This document shows, piece by piece, positions 29,616 to 39,643 of a DNA stretch of 64,000 nt. Below the pieces are notes generated by a model. That model had not been told where the DNA came from. It did no database searches and saw only the letters and a program-made list of their open reading frames with translations. The stretch is from Bacteroidota bacterium (GTDB taxonomy: Bacteria > Bacteroidota > Bacteroidia > UKL13-3). The stretch lies in NCBI GenBank assembly GCA_947507965.1, contig CANNQU010000005.1, positions 22,884-86,883 of the forward strand. The letters run 5' to 3'. The position numbers and the translations under genes are program-made. How positions within the stretch are numbered: position 1 is the stretch's first letter; every line of letters starts with the position of its first letter.

Positions 29616-30698
29616 TTATACGTATTTTTCCCCATAGGTTAATTTCATATCAGCCACAATGTTTTTAATTTCCTGCTCTCGGCCTTTAGTGCAAATAAGA
29701 ACCACATTATCACTTTCTACAATAATGGCATTTTCGATTCCTTTGATCACAAAAAGTTTATTCGGATCCTGGATATGAATCACACAATTATTCGTTTCAT
29801 ACGTGCTCACATTTTTCCCGTTAATGGTGTTACCATTTACATCTTTCTGGTGCTGCTCATAAACGCTACCCCATGTACCTAGGTCGCTCCAGCCAAATTC
29901 GGAAGGCAATACATTTACGTTGGTCGCCTTTTCCATCACACCATAATCGATGGAAATATTCTCACAAGTGGCATAACTATTGGCTAAGAACTCATTTTCC
30001 GTTTCCGTATTTAGGTGTTCAATGCCGTTTAAAAATACCGCAGCGATATCTGGCAATAACGTCTCAATTTCTTTTAAAATAGTTTTACTCTTCCAAATAA
30101 AGATACCTGCGTTCCACAAAAACTCACCACTCTCCATAAACTCTTCTGCCAGCTCTAAAGTGGGCTTTTCAGTAAATGTTTTAACCTTACAGATACCTTC
30201 TTTGATATTGCCAAAAAACTGGATATAGCCGTATCCTGTATCGGGCCGGCTTGGTTTAATGCCGAGGGTTAGCAACGCTTCATGCTTTTCGGTAAAATCG
30301 AATCCTGAATGGATGACTCTACTGAATTCCGTCTCATCCAAAATGAGGTGATCTGAAGGCGCAATAACGCAGTTGGCTTCAGGATTTATCTTATGTATTT
30401 TATACATCGCGTAAGCGATACAGGGCGCAGTATTGCGTAAGGTGGGCTCTCCCAAAATATTACGATCGGCAATACCTTTCACTTGTTCCTTGATGGTCTC
30501 TCTATACGCCTCGTTGGTGACAATAAAAATATTCTCAGGAGGCACTATTTTTAAAAATCGGGAGTAGGTTTGTTGGAATAGTGTTTTCCCTGTATTTAAA
30601 AAATCTAAAAACTGCTTTGGATGGCTTGCCTTACTTATTGGCCAAAAACGTGTCCCCACCCCACCAGCCATTATCACGGCAAAATTATTTGAATTCAT
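29616..30698 (-). CDS. Mannose-1-phosphate guanylyltransferase (start at internal ATG 30698; longest ORF to 30767)
   Basis: N-terminus MNSNNFAVIMAGGVGTRFWPISKASHPKQF (G-G-x-G-T-R-x-W-P nucleotidyltransferase motif of the ManC/GMP family). 360 aa. Confidence 0.8.
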   Translation of the reverse strand: MNSNNFAVIMAGGVGTRFWPISKASHPKQFLDFLNTGKTLFQQTYSRFLKIVPPENIFIVTNEAYRETIKEQVKGIADRNILGEPTLRNTAPCIAYAMYKIHKINPEANCVIAPSDHLILDETEFSRVIHSGFDFTEKHEALLTLGIKPSRPDTGYGYIQFFGNIKEGICKVKTFTEKPTLELAEEFMESGEFLWNAGIFIWKSKTILKEIETLLPDIAAVFLNGIEHLNTETENEFLANSYATCENISIDYGVMEKATNVNVLPSEFGWSDLGTWGSVYEQHQKDVNGNTINGKNVSTYETNNCVIHIQDPNKLFVIKGIENAIIVESDNVVLICTKGREQEIKNIVADMKLTYGEKYV

Positions 30699-30776
30699 CC
30701 CTCTTTTAAAATTGAAACGCGAAGATAAGGAAGAATGGGGAATAGACAAGCCGATGGGCAAGATCAATAAACCGGG

Positions 30777-33700
30777 TTATTTTTTCTCCAATGCTTTGAA
30801 ATACTCTTTTACCTTTTGTTTGTAGTACGAGTTAAGGCTTGGAGAAACCGTTTTAAGATATTCTGCCTCTCTATTTTTCTGCTTGATATATTCTTCCATA
30901 GAAGGTGGAATACCCTGCGGAGGATCCTGCCCGGCGTGCGACTCCCGCTTATTGTCTTGATCTCGTTCACGTTCGGCTTTTTCGCTTTCTAATAAACGAG
31001 TTAAAATATCCTGTTGACGTTTTAAGGTCTCTGTTTCAAGTTGTTTATATACCAATTCTTTCTCTGTTTGTTCCATGAGTTCTTGTAATTTTTTCAAATC
31101 GCCAAGTTCATTCCCATTTCCACCTTCCTCTTTCTTCAGTTGATCTTGAATTTGTTGCAGATACCGGCGCAGAGCGGCTTGTTGCGCTGCCATCTTAGCA
31201 AATTCTTCACTCATCTGTCCGGGCTGCATTTGCCCGTCTTTCATTCGTTGCTTCATGTCACCCATTTTTTTGTTCAGCTCCTCCTGCATTTTACGCACCG
31301 AGGCCGCGCTGGGTTTCTTACTTTTGCCCGCCTTGCTTCCTTTGCCTCCAGGTTTCTTACAGCTGCCATTACCACTTTTCTTGCTCTGCTGCTGCTGCTG
31401 TTGTTCATCCTGCATTTGCTTTAAGGCTTCACTTAGCATCACGGCAAGATTATTTACGCTCGTCATTATATATTGTTGCTTGTTTCTTGCATCATCAATT
31501 CGACGTCCACCCATTGCCTTAATTGCCTCGTGCATATTGCTATTAATGGCACCAATTTCACGATTAATATACGCTTCAATTTTAATCTGGCGTTTACTGA
31601 GTGCAAAAAGACTATCCTCCACTATTTTTGCGTCATCCTTTAAATCTTTCTGACGTTGACCAGCAGCAACAAACTGAGGGTTATACGTATTTATCTTTTC
31701 CAGTTCTTTCATCAGTGCTTCTTGGTCGTAAGAAAGTTGAATAAGGTTTTCTAAAATGCCACGAAGGGTATTGATGTCCTCTTCCAACTCTTTTGATTCT
31801 GCTTCCTCCATGCCTTTTTCGATCTTGTCTTTCATCTCCTGCATTTTTTTGGCAGCATTCTTCTGATTCTTAGAAGCTTTATCTTTTTTGCCTTTCCCTA
31901 AGTTATCACTACTCTGTTGTTGTTCATTATTTATTTCTTCCTGTTCCTGCTTTGTGTCTTGTATATCTTTCGGATCTTCCAATGCTTTATTTTCCTTCTT
32001 CACTTCCTCCATTTGTTTTTCAATATCTGCCATTTTCTTGTTTAATTCATCCTGCTTCGCCTTCAGATCCTTCGGGTCGGTTTCCTTTTTCTCCGCTTCC
32101 TGCGCTAATTTCTCCTGTTCCTGTTGAAGTTTATCTAATTCATCCAACGCTTTTTGAATTTTCTCTTCCACTTTCATCTGTTTAAAAATTTCCAGATTCC
32201 GATCAAGCTCTTTCTCTAACTCTTTATCTGTCATTTTCATTTTTTCAAGCTGCTCCTGTATTTGATCTTTATTCCCTTGATCCAACATCTTCTGCAACTC
32301 CTCAAACATCTTCTTCATTTCGGGAGTCATTAGTTCTTCCATAAGGCGCTGCAATTCCTTTTGCTTTTCTAGAAGTGCCTCATTCGGTTTTCTATTTTCA
32401 TTTTGCTTAATATTATTCTGATCGTTCTTTTGAGTTACTTCATCTACCTTTTTTTGTAATGCCTTTTGCTTGTCAATCAAATCCTGAATCTGTTTTTTAT
32501 CTTGCCATGTTAGTGTCTTCTTATCTAAAAGTTTCTTTTGTAATTCATCAATTTGTTTTTGAAGTTCTTTCACTTCCTTAAAGTTATCATCCATTTTTTT
32601 CTCCACCTCTTTGTCCTGTACGTTGGCTTCTGCACGCATCTGGGCATTGCTTGGCGATTTATAAAACAGCAACTTACTACGGGTTGATTTTGCCCCATTT
32701 ACCCCATCATTATCCCAAATTTCAAAATAATACTCAATCTCCTCTTCTGCTGCAACATGTATTAAATTCAAATCGAATAGGTAGGAAAATTTCTGAGGTA
32801 ATGTAAAAGCATTGATATTGATGGGAATAGATATCAGTTGATCCTTTATATGCGTACTATCGGCTGATTTTAAAAAGCGATAGTTGAAGGTAAGTTTGGA
32901 AAAGCCATAATCGTCATCGATATCACCGGAGTAATAATATATTTTATTACTCAACGAATCTTTTATCTCTACTACACTTATGGCAGGCAGTTCATCGGCG
33001 ATAACACGGATATGAAAGGGAATCGAATCCTTTCCCTTGACCCTAGCATTATTGGTGTTAACGCTGTAATTTTCGTTCTTCAAAAATTTTCGAAAAAATG
33101 TAAAGGTCTCTGCATTTTTCTTCGTGGCCTGGATGGGAATACCATCAAAATTCAAAACCACTTCGTCAACATTTTCGGTGCCAAAAGTCCAGGTTACACT
33201 GCTACCAGCAGGAAGCACGAGGTCGCCGGTATTCTCAATTGTCTTGCTTTTTTGGGTAAGATAATCGGGATAAATAATTGACGCGGTAAAATTAAGTAAG
33301 GTTGGTTTTGCGAGTACCTCTATCTCGAAAAAATTACTTGAAAAACCGGAAGCAGAAAACTGGATAGAGGTCGTCTTTTGGATATTTCGGATGGGATAGT
33401 TAAAATGAAGGGCATCTAACTTTTCCATTTTATATTTATGACCGTCGAGCACGAGAAATACTTCTGCCGGAAGCTCCTCCCCTGACACTTTTAAATTCAC
33501 ATCAAAGTCTTCATGCTGTAAAACCTGTAATTTCTCATTTTCCAACTGAAAAGTAAAGGGTGCTTCTTTTTCAAAAAATTTAGTTGGATTGGTTAGCCTT
33601 AGCGTACTCTCTGTGATAATTCGTGAATTAATAAAGATTATTCCTAAAAAAAACAGAACCGAAGGAACGGCATATTTAATATATTTTTTGTTCTCCTTAA

Positions 33701-34142
33701 AGTTAATGGCATTACTAAATGGCACCGACTTCAGTTCCTGTATCTTTTGGTCGATGGAAGCATGAAGTAACGCACTATCGTTACTATTGGCCAGATGGTG
33801 AAGTTGCAGTGCATTTAATAGCTTGTCTTTGACGTCGGCAAAATGAGTACCAATAATACTTGCTGCCTGTTCATAGTTTATGGTATGGCTAAGCTTATAA
33901 AGTTTTGCCAATGGCGTAATGATATATTTTGATAAAATAAAAACGCCAATTACAAGATAGGACAACGTTATTGCTAAACGGAGATTGGAATTAAATTCCC
34001 CGTAATATTCCATAACGACAGCTACAACATAGGCCGTAAGTAAACCAGCAAACGCATAAATAGCACCACGTAACAATTGATTTTTATAATATTTACGTAT
34101 AAATGCATCCAGTTTCTGGATTAATATGCTATAATTATTCAA
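30777..34142 (-). CDS. Large membrane-anchored protein with ~550-aa K/E/Q/D-rich coiled coil and poly-Q/K-G-S low-complexity segment (possibly DUF4175-like)
   Basis: 1121 aa. Three predicted TM helices in the first 170 aa, then a beta-rich ~350-aa region, then an extreme charged heptad-like region (…KELQKQIDELQKKLLDKK…QQQQQQSKKSGNGSCKKPGGKGSKAGKSKKP…). The many antisense ORFs in the track over 31140-32185 are low-complexity artefacts of this region. Confidence 0.6.
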   Translation of the reverse strand: MNNYSILIQKLDAFIRKYYKNQLLRGAIYAFAGLLTAYVVAVVMEYYGEFNSNLRLAITLSYLVIGVFILSKYIITPLAKLYKLSHTINYEQAASIIGTHFADVKDKLLNALQLHHLANSNDSALLHASIDQKIQELKSVPFSNAINFKENKKYIKYAVPSVLFFLGIIFINSRIITESTLRLTNPTKFFEKEAPFTFQLENEKLQVLQHEDFDVNLKVSGEELPAEVFLVLDGHKYKMEKLDALHFNYPIRNIQKTTSIQFSASGFSSNFFEIEVLAKPTLLNFTASIIYPDYLTQKSKTIENTGDLVLPAGSSVTWTFGTENVDEVVLNFDGIPIQATKKNAETFTFFRKFLKNENYSVNTNNARVKGKDSIPFHIRVIADELPAISVVEIKDSLSNKIYYYSGDIDDDYGFSKLTFNYRFLKSADSTHIKDQLISIPININAFTLPQKFSYLFDLNLIHVAAEEEIEYYFEIWDNDGVNGAKSTRSKLLFYKSPSNAQMRAEANVQDKEVEKKMDDNFKEVKELQKQIDELQKKLLDKKTLTWQDKKQIQDLIDKQKALQKKVDEVTQKNDQNNIKQNENRKPNEALLEKQKELQRLMEELMTPEMKKMFEELQKMLDQGNKDQIQEQLEKMKMTDKELEKELDRNLEIFKQMKVEEKIQKALDELDKLQQEQEKLAQEAEKKETDPKDLKAKQDELNKKMADIEKQMEEVKKENKALEDPKDIQDTKQEQEEINNEQQQSSDNLGKGKKDKASKNQKNAAKKMQEMKDKIEKGMEEAESKELEEDINTLRGILENLIQLSYDQEALMKELEKINTYNPQFVAAGQRQKDLKDDAKIVEDSLFALSKRQIKIEAYINREIGAINSNMHEAIKAMGGRRIDDARNKQQYIMTSVNNLAVMLSEALKQMQDEQQQQQQSKKSGNGSCKKPGGKGSKAGKSKKPSAASVRKMQEELNKKMGDMKQRMKDGQMQPGQMSEEFAKMAAQQAALRRYLQQIQDQLKKEEGGNGNELGDLKKLQELMEQTEKELVYKQLETETLKRQQDILTRLLESEKAERERDQDNKRESHAGQDPPQGIPPSMEEYIKQKNREAEYLKTVSPSLNSYYKQKVKEYFKALEKK

Positions 34143-34312
34143 GGATATATCTAATTTTATTAGTTAAAATTTTAGTTATCAAACCAAAGGACGAATATAC
34201 ACAATATTGATTTTATGGTTTATGCAGAATTGTAAAAAAAAGTAAACGATGTAAAAGCAGGTCTGGGTTCGGCGATATGCACGTAATGTAAATGGTGCAA
34301 ATAGAGACTGAA

Positions 34313-36283
34313 TTAAGGCTTTTCTACTTTTGGATAAATGCGTGTAACCACCAGGTTCTTTCGGGGATTCACCAGAAGTGGAACCTTCTCAATGGTTAGT
34401 GAACTCGTATCCAACCCGAAGGCTTTCGACTCGCTCATCGACAAGCCTTTTAAAGCATCATAACTATCCATGATGAACTCTTCATAAACGGGCAAGTCGT
34501 AGTCGTTGGCCAATTGCCGCTCACTGACTACAAACTTAAAATCGCCGGGTATGTTCTGCTTTTTTAGTGCCTCATAACGGCTGATATTATTGAATTCCTT
34601 CTTTTCAACCATGTCGTCGATGACCTTGCGGAACAAGGCGTTAATGCGTTGCTCCACCCTAAAGCCGAGGTTGAAATCGACACGAAATATTTTTTCTGGC
34701 ACCAACGTATGTACCTCAAACTCCTTTCGGTAAGGGTCATCGCTGACGTTAATATGTAAAAACCAATACACGTCGGCGCGTTTCGGTTGCTTGTTGAGGA
34801 TAGAATACACAATTTTCGATTCTATTAGTTTTGGATTATCGCTAGCCGTAAAATAAACCAAATTGGTGGCCTGCTTGGCGATACTCTCATCATTACTCAC
34901 ATCAATAAATATGGGTAAATATTCCTTGATTTTAAGAAATGAAACAAAGCGCTTCTTAATGACCGCTGCTTTAAACCATACCCACATGATAAAAATAAGT
35001 GCTAAACAAATAAGTAAGGTAACCCATCCACCATGAGGGAACTTTTTTAAGTTAGCAATTAAGAAACAAAGCTCAAGAGAAAGATAACCAATAAGATAAA
35101 ACCACACGAATCCTTTATTCATTCGATGTAAAACAAGGTAATGGGTTACAAGCACTGTAGTAGAAAGCATAGCAAGAGTAATCGCTAAGCCATAGGCTGC
35201 TCCCATATTATCACTCTCTCTAAAAATAAGAACGATTCCAATACAACCGAACATCAAGATCCAGTTAATGCTAGGTACATAAACCTGGCCCCTAGCTTCG
35301 GTAGGAAATTTAATTCGAACTTTTGGCCAAAAATTAAGCCTCATGGCCTCACTTACGATGGTATATGAACCGGTAATTAATGCCTGCGATGCAATGATGG
35401 CAGCCACGGTAGCAATAATAATTCCAATCAATAAAAATTTTTCCGGCATGATGGCGAAAAACGGATTTACCCCACTCCCGATTTCGCGTATTGATTTACC
35501 TTCGAATTGCATAAGCCAGGCGCTTTGCCCGAGGTAGTTACATACCAGGGCGATCTTTACAAAAGTCCAGCTTGCTCTAATATTTGATTTACCACAATGG
35601 CCTAAGTCGCTGTATAATGCTTCTGCTCCAGTGGTACAAAGAAATACGGCACCCAATAGCCAGAAGCCCCCGGGAGTATTTACGACTAAATTAATGGCAT
35701 AATATGGATTCAGTGCGCCAAAAATGGCGGGTTGAATTGCAATTTGGTTCAGACCTAAAACTAAAAGCATGACAAACCAAATGATCATTATTGGGCCAAA
35801 TGATTTTCCGATGATACTAGTACCAAACTGCTGAATAAAGAAAATGGCTACAATAATTCCAATGACAATGGGCACCACGGGGATATCGTATTGGGGATAC
35901 TTCAGGTTTAGCCCTTCAATGGCAGAGGCAACCGAGATTGGAGGGGTTATTAAACCATCGGCCAATAATGCGGCCCCGCCAATTACGGCAGGTATATGCA
36001 ACCATGGCTTGGTACGTCGTACAATAGCATAGAGTGAAAAAATCCCTCCTTCACCTTTATTATCGGCATTGAGTGTAATGATTACGTATTTTAATGTGGT
36101 AAGTAACGTAAGAGTCCAAAAAACACACGACACACCACCATAAACCAATTCCTTGGTTATAATACTGGTACCTATTATTTCCTTGAAAACATAGAGAGGA
36201 GAGGTGCCTATATCACCATAAATAATTCCGAGGGTAATAAGTAAGCCGGCAGAGCTTACCTTGTTTAACTGTAATTTAACCAT
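34313..36283 (-). CDS. kup: KUP/HAK/KT family potassium uptake transporter
   Basis: N-terminal GDIGTSPLYVFKE signature. 656 aa, ~12 TM plus cytoplasmic C-domain. Confidence 0.9.
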   Translation of the reverse strand: MVKLQLNKVSSAGLLITLGIIYGDIGTSPLYVFKEIIGTSIITKELVYGGVSCVFWTLTLLTTLKYVIITLNADNKGEGGIFSLYAIVRRTKPWLHIPAVIGGAALLADGLITPPISVASAIEGLNLKYPQYDIPVVPIVIGIIVAIFFIQQFGTSIIGKSFGPIMIIWFVMLLVLGLNQIAIQPAIFGALNPYYAINLVVNTPGGFWLLGAVFLCTTGAEALYSDLGHCGKSNIRASWTFVKIALVCNYLGQSAWLMQFEGKSIREIGSGVNPFFAIMPEKFLLIGIIIATVAAIIASQALITGSYTIVSEAMRLNFWPKVRIKFPTEARGQVYVPSINWILMFGCIGIVLIFRESDNMGAAYGLAITLAMLSTTVLVTHYLVLHRMNKGFVWFYLIGYLSLELCFLIANLKKFPHGGWVTLLICLALIFIMWVWFKAAVIKKRFVSFLKIKEYLPIFIDVSNDESIAKQATNLVYFTASDNPKLIESKIVYSILNKQPKRADVYWFLHINVSDDPYRKEFEVHTLVPEKIFRVDFNLGFRVEQRINALFRKVIDDMVEKKEFNNISRYEALKKQNIPGDFKFVVSERQLANDYDLPVYEEFIMDSYDALKGLSMSESKAFGLDTSSLTIEKVPLLVNPRKNLVVTRIYPKVEKP

Positions 36284-36360
36284 TGTATAAAAAATAAGGT
36301 TGCTAAATTGATGATCTCAATAGTGATAAGGTGAAAAAAAGTTTTATGCTAAAATTAATT

Positions 36361-38316
36361 CTATAGTACAGAGTCTTTCATTCGCTTTAATTCTATTTTC
36401 TTACTATGTGTTCCCACTAAAGGAACTTTTTCAACTATTATCGAACTGGTATCTAGGCCATAAGCCTTTGTTTCGCTCAAACCAAAAACCTTTAATACGG
36501 CATAAGTGTCAATAATGAACTCCTCATAAGCAGGTAGCTCATTGTCATTCAATGTTCGATCTATTACCACAAATTTAAAATCGGCTTGGACGTTGTTTTT
36601 CTTTAAACTGTAATAATGACTTAACAAATCAATTTCGCCTTTACCTACCATATCATCAATTGCTATTCTAAAAAGCTGGCTGATTCGCTGTTCCATTCTG
36701 AACCCCAAATTAAAATCTATTCGTATAATTTTTCCTTTCAGGTACTGCGTAATAACATATTCTTTTGTGTAGGGTTCATTGGTAACATTCACATGCAAAA
36801 ACCAATAAACATCAGCTCGTTTAGGCGATTTATTAATGATACTATAGATCACTTTACTTTCGATATATTTCGCATTGTCGGAACCGGTCAAATAAACTAA
36901 ATGGGTACAGAACCTGTTTATTGATTCATCATTACTAATATCAGAAAGTAAATTGAGTTGATCTTTCATTTTCACAAAAGTCATAAATCGCTTTTTTATC
37001 TGTGCTGATTTAAACCACACAAACATGACAAAGGCTATTCCTAAACAAATGATCATAGTTACGTAACCACCTTTAAAAAATTTATCTAAATTAGATGTTA
37101 AAAAGGCCAACTCTAATACGGTGTAGAAGATTAAAAAGAACCACACGAAGACATGATTTACACGTTTCAATACAAGAAAATGTGTTACAAGTACTGTGGT
37201 TGCCAGCATATCAAAATTAATGGTAAGTCCGTACGCTGCTTCCATATTACTTGACTTCTTAAAAACAAAAACGATTGCAATACAGCCTACATAAAGCAAC
37301 CAGTTGATACTTGGCACATATACCTGCCCTTTTGCCTCGCTTGGGTATTTAATTCTGATTCGTGGCCAGAAATTTAGCCTCATGGCTTCACTTACCAACG
37401 TAAAAGTTCCAGTTATCAGAGCCTGGGATGCAATAATAGCCGCCAAGGTAGCAATAATAATTCCTGATAACAAGAACCAATCCGGCATTAAACCATAGAA
37501 AGGAGTTTTCCCAATTTCTGCTAGAGTCCTCCCTTCGTTGCCTAATAGCCAAACGGCCTGCCCGAAATAATTACAGAGCAAGGCAAGTTTTACATAAGCC
37601 CAACTGGCACGAATATTCGGCCGACCACAATGCCCTAAGTCAAGGTACAGAGCTTCGGCGCCCGTTGTACACAAAAACACACCTCCTAAAAGCCAGAACC
37701 CTTCCGGGAAATTAGTCAACAAATTGAAGGCATACCAAGGATTAATCGCTTTCAATACTGTAAAATCTTTGACAATAAAGCTAATTCCCAAGACCAATAG
37801 GGTAGTAAACCAGATAATCATGGCTGGTCCGAAAATTTTTCCAATTATTTTCGTGCCGAATTGTTGGATGAAAAATAAAAGAGTTAGGATAACAATAACA
37901 ATTGTCATCACAGGAATATCAACATTGGGATACTTTTGATGTAACCCTTCTATTGCAGAACTCACTGAAATTGGAGGAGTTATTAACCCATCAGCCAAAA
38001 GTGCAGCACCACCAATGATGGCTGGTATATGCAACCATTTTTTAGTGTGCCGTACAAGGGCATAAAGGGTTAGGTTGCCACCTTCGCCGTTGTTATCGGC
38101 CTGAAGCGTAATAATGACATACTTAAGCGTAGTTATGATAGTGAGAGTCCAGAACACACAACTCAACGCCCCATAAATTAAATCCTTTGTAATAACTTTA
38201 CTCCCGATGATTCCTGGAAATACATATAACGGGGACGTGCCAATATCCCCAAAAATGATTCCAATGGTTATTAGCAACCCAATCCCACTAAGTTTCGAAC
38301 GGTTAGATTTTATCAT
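36361..38316 (-). CDS. kup: KUP/HAK/KT family potassium uptake transporter (tandem paralog)
   Basis: GDIGTSPLYVFPGIIG signature. 651 aa. It is colinear with the downstream copy, with roughly 60% identity by eye. Confidence 0.9.
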   Translation of the reverse strand: MIKSNRSKLSGIGLLITIGIIFGDIGTSPLYVFPGIIGSKVITKDLIYGALSCVFWTLTIITTLKYVIITLQADNNGEGGNLTLYALVRHTKKWLHIPAIIGGAALLADGLITPPISVSSAIEGLHQKYPNVDIPVMTIVIVILTLLFFIQQFGTKIIGKIFGPAMIIWFTTLLVLGISFIVKDFTVLKAINPWYAFNLLTNFPEGFWLLGGVFLCTTGAEALYLDLGHCGRPNIRASWAYVKLALLCNYFGQAVWLLGNEGRTLAEIGKTPFYGLMPDWFLLSGIIIATLAAIIASQALITGTFTLVSEAMRLNFWPRIRIKYPSEAKGQVYVPSINWLLYVGCIAIVFVFKKSSNMEAAYGLTINFDMLATTVLVTHFLVLKRVNHVFVWFFLIFYTVLELAFLTSNLDKFFKGGYVTMIICLGIAFVMFVWFKSAQIKKRFMTFVKMKDQLNLLSDISNDESINRFCTHLVYLTGSDNAKYIESKVIYSIINKSPKRADVYWFLHVNVTNEPYTKEYVITQYLKGKIIRIDFNLGFRMEQRISQLFRIAIDDMVGKGEIDLLSHYYSLKKNNVQADFKFVVIDRTLNDNELPAYEEFIIDTYAVLKVFGLSETKAYGLDTSSIIVEKVPLVGTHSKKIELKRMKDSVL

Positions 38317-38407
38317 TAATAAATGTAAAGAAACGCAAATGTAAAAAAAAGATATTTCGCTTTTTTTTTATTTTTGATTGAATTCAAAGAATTATTTTTG
38401 CAAATCC

Positions 38408-38845
38408 ATGAAAATCCTGTTTACTTGCCTTGGAAATATATGCCGCAGCCCAATAGCCGAAGGTGTGCTAAGAAAAAAAATGAAGGCTATGGGTCTAACC
38501 TGGCAGGTGGCATCGAATGGCACCAACCGCTATCATAAAGGAGATGCAGCAGATCAAAGAACCATTGCGGTTTGCCATGATCATGGAGTGGATATTCGGA
38601 GTCATATTGCTCGTCGATTTAAAACCACCGACTTTAGTGAATACGATCATATTATATGCATGGCGGAAGATGTTTTCATCGAACTGCAGGAATTTGTTAC
38701 CGATAAAAACCAACTCCAAAAAGTTCAGATTATATCGTTTAATGACCCCTGGTATGGTGGACAAGAAGGGTTTGATGAATGTTATAGGGCAATAGCAACC
38801 TATTGTGATACCCTCCTAGAGGAACTACTTGCCAATAAGAATTGA
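38408..38845 (+). CDS. Low-molecular-weight protein-tyrosine phosphatase (start at internal ATG 38408)
   Basis: P-loop MKILFTCLGNICRSPIAEGV (C-x5-R-S/T) and a downstream D-P-W/Y general-acid region (NDPWYGG). ~145 aa. Confidence 0.8.
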   Translation: MKILFTCLGNICRSPIAEGVLRKKMKAMGLTWQVASNGTNRYHKGDAADQRTIAVCHDHGVDIRSHIARRFKTTDFSEYDHIICMAEDVFIELQEFVTDKNQLQKVQIISFNDPWYGGQEGFDECYRAIATYCDTLLEELLANKN

Positions 38846-38997
38846 AAACATACGCCGGTTTACCAACCCGAATATCACCACCTTCAGGGGGAAAATATGC
38901 TTCCTCTATTTCATTTATTTAATACGGATACCTGCACTTTCTTCACCTCCTTAATAAAAAAAATGCTTAATTAGCACTTCTAAAACATTCATATTTA

Positions 38998-39570
38998 ATG
39001 CATCCAACCCAAAAAGCAATCGATCCAAAAAGCAATTTATCCAGTACTTTAGCACTAACCATTTTAGGCTCATTACTACTCGTTGTAGGAAGCTGCAAGA
39101 AAAAAGAGTCGATACCCGCTGTAGGAGAATCCTATAAAGGAGGCAAAGTTTTTTATATTGACAACACCGGTCAGCATGGGTTGGTGGCTGCCACCACCGA
39201 CCTTGGAATGGGGAGCGCTTGGGGTTGTAAAGGAGTAGCCATTAGTGGCGCCGATGGCATTAATGTTGGAACTGGAAATCAAAACACGGTTGATATTGCT
39301 AATGGCTGTAATGAAGCTGGTACCGCTGCAACGCTCTGCAACGACCTTGTACTAGAAGGTTTCAGTGATTGGTATTTACCTTCTAAGGAAGAGCTGAACT
39401 TATTATATAAGCAAAAAATGCTTATTGGTGGTTTTGCAAAAGACACCTACTGGAGTTCCTCGGAGGTGAATAGCATTTGTGCATGGATTCAAAGTTTTGA
39501 TACCGGCACTCAATTTAGTACAACGACGAAGGACTACGGCACCAATTTAAGGCCCATTAGAGCTTTTTAG
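38998..39570 (+). CDS. DUF1566 (Lcl C-terminal domain)-containing lipoprotein
   Basis: Lipobox LLLVVGSC. The C-terminal GFSDWYLPSKEELNLLY...YWSSSEVNS...RPIRAF matches the DUF1566 pattern (DWRLP-x-EL-x-LY ... YWSST ... R-x-VR). Confidence 0.5.
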   Translation: MHPTQKAIDPKSNLSSTLALTILGSLLLVVGSCKKKESIPAVGESYKGGKVFYIDNTGQHGLVAATTDLGMGSAWGCKGVAISGADGINVGTGNQNTVDIANGCNEAGTAATLCNDLVLEGFSDWYLPSKEELNLLYKQKMLIGGFAKDTYWSSSEVNSICAWIQSFDTGTQFSTTTKDYGTNLRPIRAF

Positions 39571-39643
39571 CAACCGGCTACCTAGTCAATTCTTTGCAAA
39601 CGTTATCGGTATTTGTAGCACACCTTGGTGAAGGCCGATTGGT

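Noticed and set aside
31140-32185. Cluster of + strand ORFs (94, 132, 79, 77 aa) rich in L/S/C/F antisense to the big coiled-coil gene
   Set aside because: These are products of reading the low-complexity K/E/Q-coding DNA on the opposite strand. They have no starts with plausible context and grossly biased composition. The - strand 1121-aa ORF explains the region.
38343-38369. A8 and T9 homopolymer tracts in the kup / LMW-PTP divergent intergenic region as possible phase-variation switch
   Set aside because: The genome is AT-rich and the tracts are short. They sit in a promoter spacer where A/T tracts are common. There is no evidence of a contingency locus.
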